From positions 1 through 64,000 of the forward strand of contig CAWVRN010000007.1 in assembly GCA_963932905.1 (NCBI GenBank): a stretch of DNA of 64,000 nt, given 5' to 3'. Shown in pieces: positions 49,584 to 59,227 of this stretch. The notes beneath the pieces were generated by a model. The model was not told the DNA's origin. It saw only the letters and a program-made list of their open reading frames with translations, and searched no databases. A program made the translations under genes and the position numbers. Every line of letters starts with the position of its first letter. Position 1 is the stretch's first letter. This stretch comes from an uncultured Bdellovibrio sp. GTDB taxonomy: Bacteria; Bdellovibrionota; Bdellovibrionia; Bdellovibrionales; Bdellovibrionaceae.

Positions 49584-49712
49584 TTACGTAAAGGGCATAT
49601 CAATTCCTATACCAGCAATATCGAGCTAATCATTTGAATTTGAACGAGTTTCCAATGTGTTACTAAGCAACACATAGGTATAATTTTCACGATTGATTTT
49701 ATAATCTAGATT

Positions 49713-51296
49713 TTAACGAGACGTACCCAGTGTCGAAGTCCCGTAGCTAGGCAAACCACCTAATCCACCGTTGATGCCGTAGTTATAATTGCTGCCGTAG
49801 TAACTTGAACCACTTTGCACTTGTTGAATCCTTTGAATCAATCCAGATAGTTCAGTTTGCAAACCAGACATGGCTTGAGTTTTTTGGATCGCATTTTGAT
49901 AATATTGCATTTGTTGCTGCATTGATAACTGCTGTTGCTGCAACTGATACTGCAGTATTTGCGTATTGTTTCCACCAAGTCCTGACAAACCGTTTAGACC
50001 GTTTAGACCGCTTAATCCTGTTAACGAGTACGGTGACGTACCACCCATCATCGACAAACCGCCCATGTTCATTCCAGAATTCATATTTAATCCACCCATC
50101 ATCGACAGGGCATTCAGCGGTGACGATTGTGCCCATTGAGGCATTCCAAACGCGCCTCCAATTTGTCCACTCATTTGACCGCCAAGCCCACCCATCATCA
50201 TGGCGTTGAGACCGCCGCCCATCATTGAAGAATTCATTCCACCAGACATCATTGACTGACCGCCCATCATGGCGCTTAAGCCTCCGCCCATCATGCCAGA
50301 CATACCACCACCGGATTGGCCCGAACAGCCAAAGCTGCCTTGACCCATCCCAACGTTGATTGCCCCAAGAAGATAGGGAGCGGCCGCCATAAAAGGAGAA
50401 CTTGCGGGCATAGGTGTGGGGAACCCCAAGTCAGCATTTTTGTCGGCCATCTCCCCATAGAAATTTTTGGTTGATGAATACGCCATCAGAGCCATCAAGG
50501 AATTAGTCACAACACCCGTTAGGTTGCCGTCAACATTTTGATTTCCTCGCTGACCACCACGACTACTACCACCACCGCCAGCTAAGCATTCGTAACAAAT
50601 GCCGCCTTCAGTTCTATCGGCAGGATCAACGATATCTGATGGATCTACTTTTTGTTTACGTGCTTCCGCCAATGCGGCTTTGGTTTCGGTGATAGATTGT
50701 TTTAATCCTTCGAGTTCTTTTACTAAACGATCAACGTTAGATTTTGCACGTGGGTATTTCACTACAGAATCTTTGCAGGTCGCAAGGTCGGGTCTGCTTA
50801 AGAGATTTTTTTTCGCGCAAATATCTGTTTTGATTTTGCCGCGAGGGTTATTTTCCATATCACACACACTAGCCCACGCGTTGGCCAATTCTTTAGGTTC
50901 GATTTCTGTGATAGATGATTCTTCATCTGGTTTTTTATTTTTGTTATCACCAAAGCCGATGTAGTCTTGGCAACGTATTCTAGAATCCATGTGACTTTTC
51001 AAAAACGAAAACACGTCCGTATCGAATGTCATCTTCATACCCATTTCTGATTTACGAAGTTCTATTTTTGATTGTTGCAGTTCTTTACTTTTCTCTTTGC
51101 GTTGCTGTTCAAGATCTTTGATCTGTTGTTTCAGATCAACCACTTCGTCCGATTCGCTTTGAGCTTGCATGCCCATTTGTTGTTGGTAACCACAACCTTG
51201 TTGCCCACCCATCATTTGACCGGATCCCCAATAGTTCATTTGGGCCATCAGCAGTCCAGGCAAAAGCAATAGGGATAATGTCAGTGAAGTTTTCAT
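49713..51296 (-). CDS. Secreted coiled-coil protein with Gly/Met/Gln low-complexity regions
   Basis: Start MKTSL after AAGGAG; signal peptide; MMGGG repeats, poly-Q, and 9-bp tandem repeat ACCGTTTAG x3 (third copy imperfect) at 49989-50015. Confidence 0.8.
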   Translation of the reverse strand: MKTSLTLSLLLLPGLLMAQMNYWGSGQMMGGQQGCGYQQQMGMQAQSESDEVVDLKQQIKDLEQQRKEKSKELQQSKIELRKSEMGMKMTFDTDVFSFLKSHMDSRIRCQDYIGFGDNKNKKPDEESSITEIEPKELANAWASVCDMENNPRGKIKTDICAKKNLLSRPDLATCKDSVVKYPRAKSNVDRLVKELEGLKQSITETKAALAEARKQKVDPSDIVDPADRTEGGICYECLAGGGGSSRGGQRGNQNVDGNLTGVVTNSLMALMAYSSTKNFYGEMADKNADLGFPTPMPASSPFMAAAPYLLGAINVGMGQGSFGCSGQSGGGMSGMMGGGLSAMMGGQSMMSGGMNSSMMGGGLNAMMMGGLGGQMSGQIGGAFGMPQWAQSSPLNALSMMGGLNMNSGMNMGGLSMMGGTSPYSLTGLSGLNGLNGLSGLGGNNTQILQYQLQQQQLSMQQQMQYYQNAIQKTQAMSGLQTELSGLIQRIQQVQSGSSYYGSNYNYGINGGLGGLPSYGTSTLGTSR

Positions 51297-51451
51297 ATGG
51301 ACTCCTTGGCCCGTTGTTGGCCAAAGAATATAGGGGAATAATTGAAAGACTGTGGAAGAGGTCCTGTACGGGTGTCTCAATATGAAATACGCAGCGAAAC
51401 TAGTCCATAGTTACGCTGGGATAGAGACCCGAAAAAAAGAAAATAATGAAA

Positions 51452-52627
51452 CTAAATAATTGAGTCGACGTATTCTTGTTGTGAGAATGGTTTCAAATCG
51501 TGGATACGCTCACCTATGCCCAGTATCTTAATGGGAATCTTAAGTTCATTTGAAATACCGATGACAACCCCGCCTTTGGCCGTGCCGTCCATCTTCGTCA
51601 AAATCACACCCGTCAAATTCAACGCCTGGTGAAATTCACGCGCTTGAATCAAAGCGTTCTGGCCAGAATTCGCATCTAGGACAATCCAAATATTATGAGG
51701 TGCATCCGCACTGTTCTTAGCCATGACACGTTTCACTTTTTTAAGCTCTTCCATCAAATTCACCTGAGTGTGCAAACGCCCAGCTGTATCCACGATCACT
51801 AAATCATAACCTTGCGCTTTCGCTTTGGCGACAGCATCAAACGCAACCGCACTTGGATCGGCGACACCCTCGGGTGAAAAAATCTCAACCTGCGCGCGAT
51901 CCGTCCACACTTTCAATTGATTCTGAGCGGCCGCACGAAACGTATCTCCAGCAGCCACAAGAACACGCTTACCTTGCCCCGCCATCAACGCCGACAATTT
52001 CCCAATCGTTGTAGTTTTACCAGCACCATTCACACCCACGATCATCAAAACAGTCGGCCCTTCCGAAGCCCAGCGAATACGCTGAGCGATTTCAAGATGA
52101 TCGTGTTCAACAGAACCATTCGAAGCATGCAATATCGAAAGAATTTTCTCACGCAGAGTTTTCTTCACAGTATCCAGATTTTTTTTATCTGAAGACGACA
52201 GCGTTTCGTCCAAATGACTCATCAAAGACTGAACCGTCGTTGAGCCGATGTCCGCCGTGTACAACACTTCTTCAACATCTTCCAACGGTTGAGCGGCATT
52301 TGAAGAGAACGCATTTTTAATACGACCCCAAAAATTCTCACGAGTTTTCGATAACGCTTTTTCAACGGTGTTTGTTTCATCCCCAGGAAGAACCACTTCC
52401 CCAGAAGCAGAAACGGGAGCCAAAACTTTTTCCTTAGATGGAGTCTGAAGAGATTCAGTCAAAGAATCAGATTCACGAGCCGCAATTTGCTCAACAGCCT
52501 CAGACGTTTCAGAAGATTTATTTTTCTTAAGAGCTTTAAGAATAAACGGCGTAAAAATAGCTAAAATAATTAAAGCGACACAAAAAAATAAAATCCGAAT
52601 CGCATCCTGATGTGCTTCTGGCATCAT
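51452..52627 (-). CDS. ftsY: SRP receptor FtsY with N-terminal TM anchor
   Basis: GVNGAGKTTT, DTFRAAA, DTAGR and TKMDGTAKGG; start MMPEAH after GGAG. Confidence 0.96.
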   Translation of the reverse strand: MMPEAHQDAIRILFFCVALIILAIFTPFILKALKKNKSSETSEAVEQIAARESDSLTESLQTPSKEKVLAPVSASGEVVLPGDETNTVEKALSKTRENFWGRIKNAFSSNAAQPLEDVEEVLYTADIGSTTVQSLMSHLDETLSSSDKKNLDTVKKTLREKILSILHASNGSVEHDHLEIAQRIRWASEGPTVLMIVGVNGAGKTTTIGKLSALMAGQGKRVLVAAGDTFRAAAQNQLKVWTDRAQVEIFSPEGVADPSAVAFDAVAKAKAQGYDLVIVDTAGRLHTQVNLMEELKKVKRVMAKNSADAPHNIWIVLDANSGQNALIQAREFHQALNLTGVILTKMDGTAKGGVVIGISNELKIPIKILGIGERIHDLKPFSQQEYVDSII

Positions 52628-52799
52628 AAAAAAACTCCATTGAGATATGCCGGGAATATACACACTACTTGCTTGTTTATTAAGGAAAAAGAGAGAGTTT
52701 GCTGAAGAACTGAGGATTTCTTGGTGAAGGGCAAAAGCCCAAACCAAAGGAACCAGCGAAGCGCAGTTCCAGACAAAAAAGATCACCAGCCAACAACGA

Positions 52800-52920
52800 G
52801 CGCGCTCTATTGGCGGCGCGGACGAGGCGACTAGGAGAGCCCCGCGGAGGCGTAGTGTAAACTACGCCGCACAAGTGGGCCGACGACGGCAACGAAGGCC
52901 CCGCCGTCAATAGAGCGCGC
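52800..52920. repeat. 121-bp imperfect palindrome (structured element B) between smc and ftsY
   Basis: Outer arms GCGCGCTCTATTGGCGGCG / CGCCGTCAATAGAGCGCGC (18/19 complementary); apex GGCGTAGT-GTAA-ACTACGCC; GC-rich island in AT-rich DNA. Confidence 0.85.
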
Positions 52921-52932
52921 ATAAAGCCGAGA

Positions 52933-55900
52933 TTAGTGAATATCTTGTAGGGAAACAGAAACCATGGTCGACACCCCACGCTCTTGCATCGTAACCCCGT
53001 ATAACTTCTTAGCTACTTCCATCGTGTGTTTATTATGCGTAACTACTATGATTTGTGATCGTTTCGACATTTCACGTACTAGATCGTTGAAACGGAATAC
53101 GTTCGCATCATCAAGTGGCGCATCAACCTCATCCAGTAAGCAGTATGGAGACGGTTTTACCAGGAAGATAGAGAATACTAGAGCTACCGCAGTCAGGGCT
53201 TTTTCACCACCCGACATTAGAGTTACGTTCTGCATTTTCTTGCCCGGAGGACGAGCGATGATTTCAATACCAACTTCTGTTTTTTCTGGATCTTCATGAA
53301 GTTCCAGTTTCGCCTCACCACCACCGAATAGGACTGGGAATACGCGAGTGAAACGATCATTAACTAGATCGAATGTCTCTTTGAATTTTTTCGAGCAGAT
53401 ACGGTTAATACGATCAATTACTCGACGTAATTGTTCTTTTGCTTCAACTAGATCGTCATATTGTTTTGTAAGGAACTCATAACGTTTCGTTGTTTCATCA
53501 TACTCTTCGATTGCAGATAGATTCACTTCGCCGATACGAGATAATTTTTCTTTTAATTCTTTAAGCTCAGCTTCTGCTAAGTATGAATCACCTGTGCGAT
53601 CAACATATTTGTGAACCACTTCTGGCAACTGCAACATATAACGTTCACGAACTTGGTCAACTAGGTACTGCTCTTTCAAACGAGCTTGATCCAATTTCAA
53701 CTGAGCATCGTTCATCAATGACAAACGATCGTTCTTAGCTTTTTGCAAGCTAGCTAACTGATCAGCGTATCCCGATAATGAATTCGACATTTCTTCGAAT
53801 GTATTTTTGCCGATCGAGAAATCTGATTTCAATGATTCTAAAGCATCTAACCATTTTTCAAATTCGATTTTCTTTTCTTCCAGTGCGTACTGACTTTCCG
53901 TCATTTTTTCAGAGTACATTTCTGTCTCTTCAGTCATACGAGATAATTGTGATTGCAGATCCGTTAATGATCTAGAAACCATATCTAGCTGGCGAGTCAC
54001 ACCAGTGTACTCTTGGCTTTTCGTCGCTAGCTCAACTTGAAGCTCAGTTACGATTTGTTGTAATTCAGGGAAACCTTTTTGAGTGACATCTAGTTCTGAA
54101 TCCAGTGACTGAACAAGCTCTTCAATTTCATGCTTTTTCAAACGGGTTTCTTCGATACTCGAATTAAACTCATTTTGCTTTTCATTTAAAACATTCAAAT
54201 TATCTTGGATTTTCTTAATCTCGCGATCTTGTTTTTCAACTGCGTACTGTGCGTTTACTAATTCTTGTTCGGCGCGATCCAAATCTTTTTGCAATTCACG
54301 TACTTTGATTTCTTGCTCGATTTTGCGTTTCTGCGCACCTTCAAAATCAGTTACGATAGTTTGTAATTGCTCTTCTAGTTTTTTCAATGCCATTTGAGCT
54401 AAAGATAATTTACCCGCCCATTCGTCTTTCTGAGCCGTTAATTCTTTGATTTGGTTTTTACGGTGTAAAATACCCGATTCGGAATTTTCTTTAGATCCAC
54501 CCGAAATAACGCCTTCATGAGTTACTGAGTCGCCATCCATAGTAACGAATGTCCAACCTGGGAACTGTGAACGCAATTCAACCGCGCGTTCTAATGTTTC
54601 CACTACCGCGATATTATCGACAAAGTAGCTGACTGATTTTTCAAATTCTGGTTTTGATTTAACAACATCACGAAGCAATACTTTAACGCCGTCAAGTCCT
54701 GCTGGCGTTTGTTCAGTCATATCTTGTCTGGAAGAATCTACTGACAAGAAACTCGAACGACCTGAACGGGAATTTTTCAAATACTGAATTGCATCGACGC
54801 TGGCTTTAGGATCTTGCGCTAACAACATCTGTAAACGCTGACCTAATGCGGATTCCATGGCTACTTCGTAACCAGGCTCAACTTCCACTACATCGGATAC
54901 TGGTTGGAATTCAGAGAATGACGAATCATCAGATCCAGAAACTTCCGTTTCATACGTCGTGACACTGCCATCCGCATGCATTTCTGTTTGCGTCGCCGTT
55001 TGTTTCTTTTGAACTTTAGATTTCTGCCATAACAGAACAGACTTAACACCTGATTCGAAACCTTCAAAACTAGATTGCAAGTTTTCTAAACCATACAAGC
55101 TAGATGTCGTGCGGCCCAATAAATCTTTGAATTCTTCAACTTCTTCTTTTTTCTCGAAAACTTGCTGATTCAAGATTTTTTTATTCGCTTCGAATGAATC
55201 CACATCGCTGTTTAAATCCATCGACAGCTGACGGTTTTTTTCTAATTCCGAGAAAATACGATTTCTACGTGATTCAAATTCCATGTGCTTTTCACGTAGC
55301 TCATTAAGAACCAAACCTTCGTTAGTTTCTTTTTCTTCCAGGTCCGTGATTTGATTGTCTAAACCTTGAGTCTTAGCTTCTAATGCATTCAATGACTGAC
55401 CAACGGCGAATAATTCACGACGTTTTTCAGTTAATAAATCATCCACTTCTTGGATGCGAGCTTGGTCACGCTTGAACACTTCATTTTTATCAGCGAACTG
55501 AGCAGACAGTGTATCCACGTCTGTTTTTAATTGTTCTGATTGCGCTTTTAAGCTGTCTTGATCACGAACAAGCAATTCTAAACGAGCTTGTTGTTCTTGC
55601 ATCAAGCTACCCGTCATTTGTTCATTACGACGAGCTTGTTCGATTTCAAAACGTAGCTCTTGGATTTCCATTTCTTTCTTGGAAACTTGAGACTGTTTTT
55701 CGTAGTATGAATTTTGAAGCGTTTCGACTTCTTTTTCTTTTTCTAAAACTTGTAATTTTAAAGTTTCAAAATCAGATTGCAATGACGCCAATTGAGATTC
55801 GCCTTCGACTTCCATCGCTTGCGCTTCGTTGAATAGACGTTGAGCTTCATCCGCAGTGTTTTTTAATTCTAAGTATTGTTTAGATGACAACCAAAGATCT

Positions 55901-56583
55901 AAATCCTCAACTTGGTTTTTCAAGTTACGGTAGCGTTCTGCGCGCTGTGCTTGTCTTTGCAATGAATCGATCTGACGTTTTAATTCACCGATGATATCTT
56001 GCAAACGAACTAAATTTTGATCTGTTTGCTGTAATTTTCTTTGAGATTCTTTTTTACGCGCTTTGAATTTAGTGATACCCGCTGCTTCTTCGATCAAATG
56101 ACGACGATCTTCTGGTTTCGACGTGATGATTTTACCGATCATACCTTGTTGAATGATAGAGAAACCTTTAGAGCCCGCACCCGTATCCATGAAGATTTCT
56201 TGTACGTCTTTTAAACGAGCCGGTTCTTTATTGATAAAGTATTCACCTTCACCATTTCTGTGAAGACGACGAGTCACCATGATTTCAGTGTGTTTTAAGT
56301 ATTTAAGTGGAAACGGACCACCATCATTTTCAAGAGTTAGGGATACTTCACACATTCCAAGAGGAGCATAACCTTCGGCGCCGGCAAAGATGACGTCGGT
56401 CATTGTAGATCCACGTAAATCTTTCGCGGACATTTCACCCATTACCCAAACTAAACCATCCACGATATTTGATTTACCGCAACCGTTCGGTCCAACGACA
56501 CCTGTGATACCAGCATCGAATTGAATGACTGTTTTATCTTTGAAAGACTTAAAACCAACCAGTTCTAATTTTTTAATTCTCAA
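52933..56583 (-). CDS. smc: Chromosome partition protein Smc
   Basis: GFKSF, GPNGCGKSN, long coiled coils with a hinge, MSGGEK, LLDEVDAPLD and VTH. Confidence 0.97.
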   Translation of the reverse strand: MRIKKLELVGFKSFKDKTVIQFDAGITGVVGPNGCGKSNIVDGLVWVMGEMSAKDLRGSTMTDVIFAGAEGYAPLGMCEVSLTLENDGGPFPLKYLKHTEIMVTRRLHRNGEGEYFINKEPARLKDVQEIFMDTGAGSKGFSIIQQGMIGKIITSKPEDRRHLIEEAAGITKFKARKKESQRKLQQTDQNLVRLQDIIGELKRQIDSLQRQAQRAERYRNLKNQVEDLDLWLSSKQYLELKNTADEAQRLFNEAQAMEVEGESQLASLQSDFETLKLQVLEKEKEVETLQNSYYEKQSQVSKKEMEIQELRFEIEQARRNEQMTGSLMQEQQARLELLVRDQDSLKAQSEQLKTDVDTLSAQFADKNEVFKRDQARIQEVDDLLTEKRRELFAVGQSLNALEAKTQGLDNQITDLEEKETNEGLVLNELREKHMEFESRRNRIFSELEKNRQLSMDLNSDVDSFEANKKILNQQVFEKKEEVEEFKDLLGRTTSSLYGLENLQSSFEGFESGVKSVLLWQKSKVQKKQTATQTEMHADGSVTTYETEVSGSDDSSFSEFQPVSDVVEVEPGYEVAMESALGQRLQMLLAQDPKASVDAIQYLKNSRSGRSSFLSVDSSRQDMTEQTPAGLDGVKVLLRDVVKSKPEFEKSVSYFVDNIAVVETLERAVELRSQFPGWTFVTMDGDSVTHEGVISGGSKENSESGILHRKNQIKELTAQKDEWAGKLSLAQMALKKLEEQLQTIVTDFEGAQKRKIEQEIKVRELQKDLDRAEQELVNAQYAVEKQDREIKKIQDNLNVLNEKQNEFNSSIEETRLKKHEIEELVQSLDSELDVTQKGFPELQQIVTELQVELATKSQEYTGVTRQLDMVSRSLTDLQSQLSRMTEETEMYSEKMTESQYALEEKKIEFEKWLDALESLKSDFSIGKNTFEEMSNSLSGYADQLASLQKAKNDRLSLMNDAQLKLDQARLKEQYLVDQVRERYMLQLPEVVHKYVDRTGDSYLAEAELKELKEKLSRIGEVNLSAIEEYDETTKRYEFLTKQYDDLVEAKEQLRRVIDRINRICSKKFKETFDLVNDRFTRVFPVLFGGGEAKLELHEDPEKTEVGIEIIARPPGKKMQNVTLMSGGEKALTAVALVFSIFLVKPSPYCLLDEVDAPLDDANVFRFNDLVREMSKRSQIIVVTHNKHTMEVAKKLYGVTMQERGVSTMVSVSLQDIH

Positions 56584-57124
56584 TGGATTTCCCTCTTCTA
56601 ACTTTTTCTAACTACGTACCGCTATGTAAACAGGCTTGCAAGAGCAAGCTCAAAAGGCCAACTAGGCTTTTAGCCAGTCTAGCCCCCAAATTGTGGGGAA
56701 TATTTACTTATGTTTCAAGAATATTCGTAAGAACGCCCGCTTTTTGAGCTGAGTTTTGGCGATGATTGAAGGGGATTTCTGAGATTTCAACGCCTTGCGT
56801 TTTTCCGAGATCCTAGAAATGCTCAAAGCCACGTTCAGAGACCTAGCTCTGCGACTGAATGTCTAGCAGACTGCGATCAGACGTGGGCGCCTAGCCCCAA
56901 GCATCACGCTCCGCGAAGCTCTTTCCAATTGATCTCTAATTGCCTGCTTAATAGATAGAGCCTTACGTTGTTTGTTTAACGGTGATCTCATTATTCGCTG
57001 GTCCAGTTTTTTAAGATGTTGGGCAACTTATTGCGCCTTACTGATTTTAGCTCTTCAAGACGTTTACAGTTTGGGCCAAATCCCTGTATTCTAATAAGCA
57101 GCAAGGGGATAAAATAAGGGACGT

Positions 57125-58141
57125 ATGATTTTAATTTTACTCTCTGTTTTAGCATTTGCTGGCGAACCAGATAACTTTTCGGGAAGAAACACACCTCCGC
57201 AAAACGAAGTGGTAAATAAATACATTCAGGAAAAACTTGATCGAATTGCAAGCTCTCATAATAAAATTAATTATGGACATTCAATTTGCAACATCGGGGA
57301 GCTCAATAAGTTACTTGAAGATACATTTGATCGCAATTGGCCAGATGTGTATGCGTTAAAATGGGAAGTACAGGTGGATGGTCCTGAAGACTTTGACAAG
57401 TCAATTTTAAAAGGGACCATGCGATCCCAATTTATGATTCCTTCAGTTACCTTGAAACTAAATGAAAAAAACTACTCGGTAGGAATTGATAAAATTGATC
57501 ATCTTTTCTCTCATGGATACTTATTCTGGAAAATAATTAACAAGGATCCAAGTATGCCAAAGCAAAAGGTGTTGAACGCCCTAAAATTTGGAATGGCTCA
57601 GGAAAATGGTACGTGGGGGCTAAAGGCCGCAGGTCAAAAATCCTTTGGAGACTTATCTGCAAATTATTTAGGGATGAATTTTTGGCGAGATTTATGGAAT
57701 GGAGACCCTTCATTTTTTAAGTGTGGGAATGGACAATTGAGTGTTCAAAGAAAGTTTAAAATTGAGGACTATTTTGATGGGTCGGTTGATGAGGCCATCA
57801 ATTGCAATACTTATGAAAATAAAGAAATGGCCGCGACAATTATCACAAGAACAGAAGCACTTGGAAGAAAATGCCCAATTGACAAAACTGATTGCGATCA
57901 ATTTATTAAAAAAATTCCTACCGAATATCAGCCCTATCTTCTGCATCCATTGTGTCGTGGTCAGCAATCTAATCAAGTAGAAAGCCCCTCCGCTTTAACG
58001 ACGAAGGACATTCTTGATGCAGGCTCAGCACTTGTGGATGGAGGTGGAAATTTTTTAGAACTTTTCTTTCCTCCTCCTACACAAAAATCAGCTCCAGTTC
58101 TCATTAAAAAAGGAACTACCCCGCTTGGAGTTGTGAGATGA
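57125..58141 (+). CDS. Secreted hypothetical protein with DKxxH...E...SxGDLxAN motif
   Basis: Short signal peptide ending AFA-G; GIDKIDHLF, QENG and SFGDLSANYLG; several Cys. Confidence 0.75.
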   Translation: MILILLSVLAFAGEPDNFSGRNTPPQNEVVNKYIQEKLDRIASSHNKINYGHSICNIGELNKLLEDTFDRNWPDVYALKWEVQVDGPEDFDKSILKGTMRSQFMIPSVTLKLNEKNYSVGIDKIDHLFSHGYLFWKIINKDPSMPKQKVLNALKFGMAQENGTWGLKAAGQKSFGDLSANYLGMNFWRDLWNGDPSFFKCGNGQLSVQRKFKIEDYFDGSVDEAINCNTYENKEMAATIITRTEALGRKCPIDKTDCDQFIKKIPTEYQPYLLHPLCRGQQSNQVESPSALTTKDILDAGSALVDGGGNFLELFFPPPTQKSAPVLIKKGTTPLGVVR

Positions 58142-58560
58142 AGCGGTATTTTATTATTGGTGTCTTATTGGGAATGGTCACTTTGAAGGTTTATGCCGAT
58201 AGCACTTATATATCGAGTACTAAGAGCCATAATCACTTGGAAGCTAATAAGCTATGGCGAAAGTTTATCGGTTGTGGAAATCCGAAGAATAGCGAAAAGC
58301 TAACCAAAGCCTGCCTGCAAGAGACTGGTGCATATTCCTTCTCAACATTTGAAGTCAGTAAGGCGTTTGAATTTCTATCCTTAGGCCTCGAAGTTACGGG
58401 GCTGAAGGAGTGTTCAATTGCTCAAAAAAAGTCAGTTATTAAATCTAAAACGAATGATTTTCTTTGTTTTAAAATTTTAGGAAACAAGACTTCATCAACT
58501 GGTTATGTCTATTTCACAAGAAAAAAAGACACATTGAAAATTTTAAAGATAAAATATTAA
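58138..58560 (+). CDS. Small basic secreted hypothetical protein
   Basis: Signal peptide ending VYA-D; ATGA overlap with the upstream gene; 4 Cys. Confidence 0.7.
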   Translation: MKRYFIIGVLLGMVTLKVYADSTYISSTKSHNHLEANKLWRKFIGCGNPKNSEKLTKACLQETGAYSFSTFEVSKAFEFLSLGLEVTGLKECSIAQKKSVIKSKTNDFLCFKILGNKTSSTGYVYFTRKKDTLKILKIKY

Positions 58561-58645
58561 TGACCATAATCCCCTAGCTTCAGACTGGCATCGTAAATTT
58601 GAATGAGGTTTTTATTCAGATCAAAACCTTATAGAGAAGAAGTTC

Positions 58646-58673
58646 AACGGCGCCTGAGAAATTGAGCGCCGTT
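58646..58673. terminator. Probable terminator hairpin between convergent genes
   Basis: AACGGCGC ... GCGCCGTT stem. Confidence 0.6.
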
Positions 58674-58702
58674 TGAGTTCGTAAGAAGTGGTTTTGGACG
58701 AC

Positions 58703-59227
58703 TTAATAATTCAATAGTGCAGAAAAGCATTCTTCGCCATTAAACCAAACCACCTTAAGCTCGCCATTTAGGTCAACGGTAGAAGTTATGTATTCGACTT
58801 CTCCGGAAAGGTCTGCGGAGCCCGATTTAAGAGAAAATTTTGGGTTGCCAGATTTAAAGTAGACCTCAACTAGGTTGTCTATGAATTTAATCTCTGCGTG
58901 AGCCTTAGATCCATACTCTGTTTTTACTACGATATCCGTACCGCTTTGTTGGTGGATACATTGCGATCCAGCTAGCTCCAGATTCGTTCCTGATACAGTT
59001 ATAGTTTGGTTGCAGGTATCGCTTGTATTTCCATTTAGCTTCTTTTCTGCGGATTTAAATATTGAAATGTACGGCAAAGCAGTTGTCTTTGCGCTGCTCC
59101 CAAAAGACAAACACCAGTTATCTGGAGAAGTTCCGCAGGAAAGCCTACATTGTTCAGGAGTGCGACTAGCATAAGCCAATGCACTGTTCGCAAAGGCTAA
59201 TAAGAAGGTTAAAATGATAAGTTTCAT
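58703..59227 (-). CDS. Secreted Cys-containing hypothetical protein
   Basis: Start MKLII after GGAG; signal peptide ending ALA-Y; 6 Cys. Confidence 0.7.
   Translation of the reverse strand: MKLIILTFLLAFANSALAYASRTPEQCRLSCGTSPDNWCLSFGSSAKTTALPYISIFKSAEKKLNGNTSDTCNQTITVSGTNLELAGSQCIHQQSGTDIVVKTEYGSKAHAEIKFIDNLVEVYFKSGNPKFSLKSGSADLSGEVEYITSTVDLNGELKVVWFNGEECFSALLNY

Noticed and set aside
49980..50330. Repeated CCRCCCATCAT units considered as a CRISPR or DNA repeat array
   Set aside because: Irregular spacing; they simply encode MMGG peptide repeats.
52628..52979. Extended ftsY N-terminus (to 52786) and the 99-aa ORF 52680-52979
   Set aside because: The frames stay open because the minus strand is A-poor and crosses element B. 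A good SD supports the 52627 start.
56584..57124. 540-bp gap upstream of smc considered for an ncRNA, riboswitch or tRNA, plus the 86-aa ORF 56991-57251
   Set aside because: Only short hairpins and no recognisable RNA family; the ORF is partly antisense to a better gene.
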